A stretch of 54,852 bases of DNA, taken from Ministeria vibrans ATCC 50519. Lineage: Eukaryota; Protista; Filasterea. Below, one piece after another: positions 45,216 through 54,852 of this stretch; position 1 is the stretch's first letter; each line of letters begins with the position of its first letter. A program made the translations under genes and the position numbers. The notes under the pieces were generated by a model. It was not told the origin of the DNA. It worked only from the letters and a program-made list of their open reading frames with translations, and did not search any database. The stretch spans positions 1-54,852 of the forward strand of contig CALSCP010000760.1 of the NCBI GenBank assembly GCA_943704425.1, written 5' to 3'.

Positions 45216-48200
45216 CTACCAATTCATCAAAAAGTCCATTGTCACAGGCTCGCCGTCCTCGTTGAGCTTCTCGTCGTCCGAGCCACTCTTGCCTCGAGGA
45301 CTGTTGGGCGCCGATGCCTTCTTCTTCGGCGGCGGTGGCGGAGCAGTCGCTGTCGCCTTTTTGGTCGGCTGTTGCAGTGCCTTGACAGCCGCCGCGGCGG
45401 TGGCTGCCGCTGCTGCTGCGGCCGCCGCCACCGACGATTCCATCTCACTCCTCTGCCTTGTCGCCGCTGCCTTGGCCGCCAGCGCCAGAGCTGCCGGAGG
45501 TTCGCCAGAGTCAGCAGGTCCAGCCGACATGCGCTTGCCAGAAACGTTGCTGCTGCTGCTCGTCGCCTGGGCGACTGCAACAGGCGCACGCACCACCTCA
45601 GACCTCAAGTTCTCCGCCGACGAGTCACTCTTCCCATCCATCCCTTCGCCCCCATCCTCGTCGCTCGCACTTTCGTCTCCATTATCATCATCGCCACCAC
45701 AACCACTAACACCAGCATCCGAAGAGGCACCCTCAATCGACATGGTTTCAATCTCGTGCACGGGCTCCTCGGCAATAGACACAGACGCCTTGCGCACAGC
45801 GCCCGCAGACGACCCACCAGATGATGCCCCTGACGTCACCTGAGAACTGGGCTGGTCGGGCGCCGACGACGAGCGAACTTTGGTCAAGGAGAGTCGCTTT
45901 TGCAGCGACGACGCAGCTGCTTCGGAGCCGGCAATAGGCGGGCCAGTCAGGTGTTGCACCACGGATGAAGCGGGACGCGGCTTGGGCGGCGTCACCAGTG
46001 ATTGTGTCGGAGCCGACGCGACGCTGGCCGGTCGGGGCGGAAGGCCGTGGTCGAACGACGAGCCCGACGCAGTGCGCGACTGCATTGACTTCTGCGCAAC
46101 ATTGAGCGGCACAACTTGCATGGGAGGAGCAGCACGCGAGGGTGACGACGGCGGCAGACGCGCACTCGCCGGTGAATCGGGCCGCGAGCCACCAGCACTG
46201 CCTGACACCGCTTCAGTCATCACCACCGACTTGTTGTCAATACGGTTCACATTCATCGCCAACAATGATCGCTGGCGAAGCGCCTCCATCTGCTGCGGTC
46301 TATTTACACACACACACATACACACACACATACAATGAGAAAAACACTCGCAACTGGGCTCCATTCTTACGTGCTCGCCTCTTCCACAAGAGAGTGTTGC
46401 AAGTGCTGGAAGTTGGCGGGTGCGCCAATCATGGCCTTGTTGATTGATTTGCTGGTCGACTTGCGCGCCTAAAACAATACGATAACAAATGAGATCACTT
46501 GCACAAAAAAGATTGTCATTATTATAATCATTACGCTTTTGGTAGCTTGGTCCATCTTGGGAGCCTTTTTGGGTGCCAGAGGCATCTTGGCACCGGAACC
46601 GTCCATCACAAACATGACCTTTCTTGCATCCTATATAATTATTATTATAACAAAAGATAATAACAAAAAAGTTGAGCTATCCTCCCTTATCCTTTTCCTC
46701 TTTCAAAAAAATTACCTTGTGGTCAGAGCGCACAAAAGAACCGTCCCAGGAAAGAGGCGATGGCACAGCAAAGTTGATGGTTTCGCGGAGGAGACCGTCG
46801 GACGTGCCGTAAATGTCAATAAAGTTGGAGAGATACACGTAAAAAGTGGTGGGTGTGCAGACCACCTCGCTGGCTTCGCCGCGCCAGCGCATGTCCGAGT
46901 CACGCGTGCGACGACCCGTCATGTCCACGTAGACGCCCGCCACGTTAAAGCAGAGCAGCATTTCACGCTTGGTGTACGACTTTTGCTTGCTCACAGTGCG
47001 ATGCGCGGCCGTCAGGTCCAGTGGCGCCGATGGATCCGTCGCTGGCTGCTCAATAGAGACCTCCTGCGGCTCGAGCTCATAGGCACAGAGAGGCGTCGCG
47101 TCGGGCTGGCGTCGTCGCAGCATCTTAAAGAAAGGATCGTTGTTGTCCTCAATAGCGTGGCCCTTGAGCGAGTACACGTTCAGCAGAACAAACTTGTTCT
47201 GGAGAGTCGTGCAAAAGCTATCACGGAAGAACCACAGACGGCGACCGGGCTCCTGCATGCCCACCTCCTTGATCTTCGCCAGTGTCGTCAAGTTGTATAA
47301 CACAATGCGCTTCTTGACCGACACGGTAAGCACCGTCTGGCCCTTGAAGTCGCCCGAGGAAAACTCGCCGACAGTGAACTCGCCGCAGCCGCGCGTATCC
47401 TGGAAGGTGTGCTCGAACGAGCCGGCACTGTTGCCCACCAGATTCTCAAAGCTGTACACACGAATGTAACGGTTCTTGCCCATGCACACGACCACCATCT
47501 TGGCCTTGGGCACCGCTTGCACCTGGTGCATTCGCTTCTGCTCACCCACACGTCGCAACGTGCCGGCACCCGTACCGGCCACCTGAAGCGAGAAGAGACC
47601 ATCGTCCGTGCCAATGACCACCGCCAGTGGTGTGCGATCCATGCAAATCGCGCTGTTCATCACCTTCTTCAGCTGCGCCGGGTAGTTGGCGTGGTCATTG
47701 AAGTCGTAAAAAGTATGAGGCACGTGCACACGCTCTAGCGACTCCATAATGCTTGCGTTCTTGTGCGCACGACTCAGGGCCGCCGTCCACTGCTGTTTGT
47801 CTCGATCCGACACGCACAGCAACACCTGCTGCTGCACAAACTGCGGTGACGCTCCACCGCTGATGCGCAGAATGAGCGGCAGCTCGTTGGGCTTGGCGTG
47901 GATCAGGTCTGTCTTGCGCAGCTGCGACTCCACCGCAAAGGTGGCGTCACGTGTGTCAAACACATACTGCACATCGCGCGGTGACACGCTTCCCTCGATC
48001 AAACCCTCGCTGAGCATGTCGTTACCAACACCACCGTCGCCGCCCGTCTCGCCGCTGCCGTTGCCACTGACCGCACGGTGCTCGCCCGCACCGTAAATGA
48101 GCAGCTGACAGTCCCGCAGCTCAACCCAGTGTCGCGACCAGCCCTTCTTGACGCCGCCCGGTTTGGGCAGGTGCAGATAGCCGTCGTGGACCTTGCCACG

Positions 48201-49670
48201 ATGACTTGGCTTGCTCACATTGTGACGACGCGTACTGTTGGGCGAAGGTTCGCCGCGCGAACCCGAGTCGCTAAACGTCTTGAGGTCGCTCTGCGAAGTG
48301 GTGGTCGAACCGCCGCCGGGAGAGTCGGTCGCCGCATCGGCCGCTGCCGCAGCCGCCTCCATCTCGGCGAGTTCGCGAATCTGCGTCGCTTGTCTCTCCA
48401 TCTCAAGCTTCTGTTCCTCCACCACCGCATTGAGACGCGCTACCTCGCGCTCGGCAATCTCGGCGCTTGCCGCAGCCGCCGCAAGACGTTGTTCGGCAAC
48501 ATTCTTGGCCGCAACCTCACGTTCAATGTCTTGCTGCAGCGCACGCATCTCCTGCTTGCCGGCACGCGTCGCACGCTTTTCGCGCCACTCATTGTTGTTC
48601 TTGTCCAGCTCACCGGCGTTGCCAGGACCCTGTTGCTGTTGTGCCGCCGTTAGCTGCTTGTGAAGTGCAGCAATTTGCAACTCAAGATCCTGCACGTGCT
48701 TGTTGGCCATGAGTTCGGCTTGGCGCGCCTGCGTCACGTCATTGGTCGCCTCCACAAGTGCATTGTGCCGCTCCGCCTCGCGACGGTCCATGAGCGACTC
48801 CATCTGACGCACGCGATCCTCGAGCTTGACACGCTCCATGGTAGCCGCCTCGACATCGTCGCAGTTGCGTCGAATCGCCAGCACCGCCGCCTCCTCGGCC
48901 GCCTTCTTGGTCTGCGCCAGGGCTACCTTGGTCTTCTCGAGCTCCTCCGTCAGAGTCTTGATGCGTCGATCGTTCTGCTCAACCAGCAGTTTCATGTGCG
49001 ACACTTGCTGCTCAGACTCGTCCAGTGAACGCTCCGACTGCTCCAGTTGACGCGCCAACTCGGCAATATCCGCACCGTTGGTGGCCGACTCGTGTGCGAC
49101 GGTGCGCGCCTCCGTGAGCTCGGCACGCACGCGCAACTCCTTAGCCTTCATCTCTTCGTTTTGCACCGCAAGCACGTCCGCCAGACCAATGGCCTCCTCA
49201 GCCTGGCGCGTTGCCTCTTCGCGCGCTGCCTCCGTGCTCACATAGAGCGCACGTAGTTCTTCCAGATCGGCATTGAGACGCTCCTCGACGGCCGCGTTGC
49301 GCTCGGAGACGGCAGCAATGGCGGCGGCGTGTCGCTCTTCAAGGGTTGCCAGACTGCTGTCGCGCTCGGTGAGCTCTGCCTCAAGCTCGGAAATGCGCTG
49401 CTGTGCCTCCGCTGTGGCCACCGCCGCCGCGACCAGCTCGGCCTTCTTCGAGCCAGAGCTACTGAGGCGTCGGGCAGGTGAGCTGGCGGCGGGTGCGCGA
49501 ATATTGGGTCCCTCTGTGAGCACTGCATCGCGAGTGTAGCTCCAGCCAATAAAGGGCAGCTGATCGCCAGTGAAGGGCGACCCGTACGACGACTGTGGTC
49601 GTTCCGGATCGGGTGTAGGCGGAATGTCATCGATGTCTTCAAAATTGCTTGTGTCAATCTCCGAAGACAC
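45216..49670 (-). CDS. CDC42BPA: MRCK / CDC42-binding kinase, partial: AGC C-tail, coiled coils, PH, CNH, CRIB; kinase domain not in the assembled sequence
   Basis: DTSNFE...FTGDQLPFIGWSYT (AGC tail), DMPK-coil-like WREKR...ALQQDIEREVAAK, PH GYLHLPKPGGVKKGW, CNH VIGTDDGLF...MLLCFNVAGVYVDMTGRRTR, and CRIB IGAPANFQHLQH at 46429-46394. Confidence 0.85.
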
Positions 49671-49715
49671 CTAAAAAAAAAAATATTAAAAAAATATTTT
49701 ATGTCCTTTTCCTTT

Positions 49716-49942
<227 letters not shown>

Positions 49943-49948
49943 ATTTAG

Positions 49949-50868
49949 CTGGATGCGAAGGTGACAGCGACGAGAAAGTGGCAACGTCATCGTCCGCACA
50001 AGGAGGAGACGGGTCATCGCAAGCGGAAGAAGAGCGACACTTTCAGAGCGCAATGGCACAACTGCGCGACCCATTGCTTCCTGTGCGTGCAGCGGGGCTG
50101 CGCAGTTTGCGTGAGATTGTTCTGGTGCGTAGTGGAGCACTGCTGCGGAGTGTATCAACGGACAAGGATCGTCTTGATGTGTTATTGGATGTGTTTGGCA
50201 CGCAAATGGCGCAAGAGGATCCCTTTGTGTACGGCAGTGCGATCATGGCACTTGCGGCGTTGAGTGACGTCCATGCTGACCGAATGATCGCGCCTATTTG
50301 CGCATGGTACACGACCGAACAGACGCACTACGTTGTCGAGAGCGCTCCTCAAGACAATGACAAGAAGGCATCTCCCGACTGTACAGAAACGTACGCGGAG
50401 TACCGGACGCGCGTGGGCGAAGTGCTCTTCAAGACCGCCTTGCGTTGTGGCGAGACGCTTCCTCGTCACCTACCTGCGCTGCTGGCTGCCTTTTTTCACG
50501 GTGCACGCGCCGGCAACAGTGCTGTGCGTGCGAGTGCGCTTGTCAATTTGGGCGCTGTCTGTGAGCTGTCGCCGTGGGGTGTGCGCGCGGCAGGTGCACC
50601 CATTCACGATGTTTCTGATTGTGCGTTGCAACTGCTAGTCTCGGACAAGATTGCGTCGGTGCGGCGTGCGTGTGTTCTTGTCTTGCACGGTCTTTTGCGC
50701 GGCTTTACCACCCACTTTGTCAGTGATGAGCCGGTGCTTTTGCAACGCATTACCGACACACTCACACGCACTGCTGAACGCGATGTCGATCGTATTGTGG
50801 TGGGACACGCGCAAGAGACACTATCCCTAGTCAATGAGATCCTTCGTGTCTTCCTCACCGTCTCATAG
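49949..50868 (+). CDS. TANGO6: TANGO6 / Rtp1 C-terminal exon (RTP1_C domains)
   Basis: FQSAMAQLRDPLLPVRAAGLRSL, EDPFVYGSAIMALAAL, RVGEVL, VRASALVNLGAVC, VRRACVLVL. The TTTAG acceptor at 49947-48 is in phase with the 44403 donor. Confidence 0.85.
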
Positions 50869-50945
50869 ATGCAAATAATAATATAATGTGCTTGTGATGT
50901 ATAATAAAAAGAGAGTGCGTGTAATGGCAAAAAAAAAATAACTGT

Positions 50946-52781
50946 CTACTTGGAGAAAATGCTTCCCTGGTCTTTCACCACGCCGGCAATCTTGCCAATA
51001 GCGTTGTGGAACGCAGCGGTGCGGTGGTCACAGCCCTGTAAAACAACACAAAAAAAGTGTCAACGATACAAAACGACCGACTCAGTCACAAATAATGTGT
51101 GTGCATACGAGTCTGAGTGCGGTGGCGCGGGTCTCGGCGCACGCGTGGATCATTGTGTCGTGCAGTCCGCTCTTGACCAGGTCGCTCTCGCTAGCGCCCG
51201 TCACAATACGGTTGCGCTCACGCTCAGCCAACTTGCGTGACGCCACGTCCTCCACAAAGCTCACCAGAAGGTCCTGCTTGTGCTCTTCCCAGCGACGCGA
51301 CAGACGTCCAAATCGAACGTGACTACAATCAATCACAATCAAAATAATAATAAATTAATAATAATAAAAATAATAATTTATAGAAAAAAAAACATTAAAA
51401 TTATAATATTATTATGATATATGTTTCTACTCTGATTCTTACCTGAGATTCTTGAGCCACTCAAAGTAGGACACGCACACACCGCCAGCATTAAGAAGCA
51501 GGTCAGGAATGATGGGAATGCCCTTGGCGACGATGATGTCGTGCCCATCGGGGGTCAGGGGTCCGTTGGCTGCCTCGCCAATCAGCTTGGCCTTGATGTT
51601 GCCAGCGTTTTTCTTGCCAATCACTCGCTCCAGTGCAGCCGGAATCAGAATGTCGCACTCGCGCTCAAGTGCCTAGAGAAACACGATGGAATAAGAGAGG
51701 TGTGAAGAAGACACACAAAGTGAGAGACAGGAAGTGGACGAAAGATACAACGTAGCAGGAGGGAAATTGATAGAGATAGACAACGACAGTTTCTCGACAA
51801 ATATGTTGATGAGTACGTACAGCTCCGGTGTCGGCCGAGTACTCGCCGAGAGGACAGTTCTTGAAAGAGCCAGTAGCGGTAAAGTGCTTCTTGGCCTCTT
51901 CAACATTGATTCCGTCCGGGTTGATCAGTGCGCCGTTGTACTCAATCACACACGTGATCTTGGCACCCGCGTTGGCCATAAACTCGGCTGCGTAGTAGCC
52001 CACATTGCCAAATCCTTGAATGACAATGTTCTTCCCTTCAAAACCCGCAGTCAGTCCTGTCTGATCTTGGATCTCCTTGTACGACAGGAACTCTCGCACA
52101 CCGTAAAACACACCCAGACCAGTCGCTTCATTGCGGCCACGCACACCGCCCTGAAGTAAAGGAAGAGGCGAAGAAAAAAGAGAAGAAAAACGATCAAGTT
52201 AAAAAAAAACCAGAACACTTATCGGCCAGAAAAAAAAGTAAGAGAAACACTACAGAGGACAAAGACTGAAGAGGAAAAATAGGAGAAGGAATTACCTGAC
52301 TGATGGGCTTTCCAGTAACACAGCCAATAGCATTGACATTAGAATTGTCAAGCTGCTGGTACATGTCCTTGATCCAGGTCATCTCGCGCGGACCAGTGCC
52401 CATGTCAGGCGCAGGCACGTCAATGCCCGGTCCAATAAAGTTCTTTTGGTACAGCTCCAGGGTGAATCGGCGCGTAATCGCCTCCAGCTGACTCACATTG
52501 TAGTTCTTCGGGTTGATCGCAACGCCTCCCTATACGCACAAAATGAACATGAAGAGTTTAAATGCGCGCGTGCAAAATGCCATTGTGATATGCAGTACCT
52601 TGGCACCGCCAAAAGGAACGTCGACAACAGCGCACTTGTAGGTCATGAGGGCCGCAAGAGCCTCCACCTCCTGCAGGTCGACATGGTCTGAGAATCGGAT
52701 GCCTCCCTTGACGGGCACGCGGTGACGGCTGTGCTGAGCACGGTAGGCTCGGATCATCTCCCATTCGCCATCCTTGTTCTA

Positions 52782-52846
<65 letters not shown>

Positions 52847-53500
52847 GAAGAAGAAGAAGAAGAAGAAGAAGACATTATTAATAATGAAAATTAATGAATA
52901 ATGATAGACAAAAAAATAGGATGACAAATACGCAAAATGAGGCAAAACACAACACAACAGCGTACCTCGACGGGAAAGGTGACGCTAAGAACCGCATCGA
53001 CAGCCTTCATGTTGGCCAGGATGCCCGGCGACAGGTTCTTGTGCGTTGCAGCTCCGCGATCAAAAAAATTCTAAACACACCAAAATAAAATTATGTCGTT
53101 TGCACTTTTGTGTGTCACTCTCTCTCTCTCTCTATTGTGTCTGTTTGTCGCTGCCCCGCAGCAAGTCCATACCTCGGCGCATTCCAAAAACGTCGGCTCG
53201 GCGTCGTTGGACGTGCGGACAGCAGTCACAGAGAGCAGTCGCTGCAACGAAAAGAGAGAGAGAGAGAGACGCGGCAAACAATTCAGTTTTTCCCTCATTC
53301 TGCTGCTTCCTGCGCCCGCCCCGCCGCAGCAAGCTCCCCACACGCTCAAACAGATCAATACACAATCATTCAGCTCAAAACAGCAACGATTCAACGCCCT
53401 TGACCGGCTGATGACGTTTAATGTGTTTCAAAAATGACAAAAAAAAAAAAGATGGAGAAAAAAACACTCGCACTGATGTCAACTGCACCAGAGCGCGCAT
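50946..53500 (-). CDS. GLUD1: Mitochondrial NAD(P)+ glutamate dehydrogenase, animal/ciliate type
   Basis: [30 protein letters not shown]|[47 protein letters not shown]. The spliced N-terminus MRALVQLTS|RLLSVTAVR resembles a mitochondrial presequence. Confidence 0.93.
52781..52871. repeat. (AAT)n(AAG)n microsatellite in GDH intron
   Basis: Read directly from the sequence. Confidence 0.95.
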
Positions 53501-53800
53501 CAGGGATATATCAAGAGGACGGGCGTTTGCGTGGTGGGTTTGATCGTGGCAGAAGACCCATTGAAACTTTTCTTTTTGTTTTTTTTTTCATTTTAGTTTG
53601 TGTTTAAGGGTAATACCGAAACAGTGCCTTGGGGCTGCACAGCGCGCGTTGCAAGTGCAAGACGCGACAGCATGGCTTTTGTAAGTTGAGCCAAGCGAGT
53701 AAATAATGTGATAAAGATAAAGTAAAAATAAAAATTATTATTCCTTTATTGATTAGTTCGATCAGTCGATCTTTGAAGTTTGAAAACACTCTTATTCAAC

Positions 53801-54741
53801 ATGGCGGACACCAAGGTATGTGTGTGATGGGCGTCGGTTCGTGTCGTGACGCTCTCTGCCTGTCCTCCTTGTAGACTTCGGCTGTGGCAAAGCCAAAGAG
53901 AACACCCAACCCTCAAGCGTCCCTGCTGCGCCAGCTTGTGTTTGTCACGCTCACCGGGTCAAGTAAGTGCCATGCAGCCCCCGCGGCGCGCCCCCCGGCC
54001 GGTCTGCGGCCCCGCCAAGCGGCCCTGGCGTCCCATTGCAGTCAACCGGGTCCTCTTGCCCTCTCCCACGACTCACCCCATCCCGCCCTTCTCCCTCGCC
54101 GAAACCTCTCTCACAGTCCATTCACACCATTCCTCTGGACCATGGCTCCCTCCTACTGCCCACCTGTTGTCTCCTTTTCTCCTTCACGTTTTCACGAGTT
54201 TTTTTTTTTTTTTTTTTTTTTTTTTCTGCCTCGTTCGTAACATTGTCGCACTCGCCACGCCACCCACTCACCCGCTCTCGCGCTCTTGTCCCCTGCGTCC
54301 GTCTTGAGGTGGCTTTGTGGCGACGATCCCACGCTGGTGCGCACTGTCCTTGTCCCCTTTGCGCTCTCCTTGGCTTCTCCACATCGCATGACATGCATGA
54401 TCTAATCCCGTCTCTCCGGCCTCCTCTAGTGGCCTACGGACTGTGGAAACTGGCTGATGTGTACCAGGATGTCATTGATAACTACAAGTTTACCGCCCGC
54501 GAGTCGTTTGGACATCGAGTAATCGGTACGAAGAAATAACGCGAAGACGTGTCGATGTACTCATGAATGCAAATGACCTTTTTGTTCTCTCGCAGATCCG
54601 TTTGTCCTTGTTGTCGGCTACGTTGCCGTCATTTACTTGCTACAACTGTTCATGAAGAACCGTGACCCGATCAACTCACGCAGCCCTGTCATCTACTACC
54701 TGATTCTTCTGCACAACATGTTTCTCTCGTCTGGCTCGCTC
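53801..54741 (+). CDS. ELO/GNS1-SUR4 fatty acid elongase, 5' exons (gene continues beyond the window)
   Basis: Four phase-consistent exons: MADTK|TSAV...GS|MAYGLW...RVI|DPFVLVVGYVAVIYLLQLFMKNRDP...LHNMFLSSGSL. FMKNRxP and HNxFLS are typical of elongase N-termini. The HxxHH box is not in the window. Confidence 0.75.
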
Positions 54742-54806
54742 GTACGAAAACAACAACTATTTCTTTACAACTAACTGATTTGTTTTTCTTCTGTCATCTT
54801 TTTTCT

Positions 54807-54852
<46 letters not shown>

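Overview
Gene-dense, intron-rich nuclear DNA of a microbial eukaryote. It uses the standard genetic code (TAA, TAG and TGA all end recognisable proteins) and GT-AG introns. Exons are GC-rich, introns are AT-rich and full of microsatellites, and there are four N gaps. I reconstructed about 16 protein-coding genes by splicing the ORF track by hand: an unknown gene (5' part), a GNAT/FR47 acetyltransferase, a patatin lipase, INPP5E, a PH-RasGEF, USP25/28, SURF4, WDR90, ABCC4, a secretory-pathway 2OG-Fe(II) oxygenase, a RalGDS-like RasGEF, a PhnZ-like HD oxygenase, a secreted GH2 glycosidase with a PAN insert, TANGO6, an MRCK kinase lacking its kinase domain, glutamate dehydrogenase and an ELO elongase (5' part). 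INPP5E and WDR90 imply a cilium or centriole. MRCK and the REM-CDC25-RA GEF suggest a lineage close to animals (inference only). The best candidate for a new system is an intron-containing PhnZ-type C-P bond oxygenase that ends 51 bp before a bacterial-type secreted GH2, possibly a phosphonate/phosphonoglycan scavenging module. The MRCK fragment sits antisense inside a phase-compatible TANGO6 intron next to a gap, so it is either a nested gene or a misassembly. All family calls rest on motifs recognised from memory; no searches were run.
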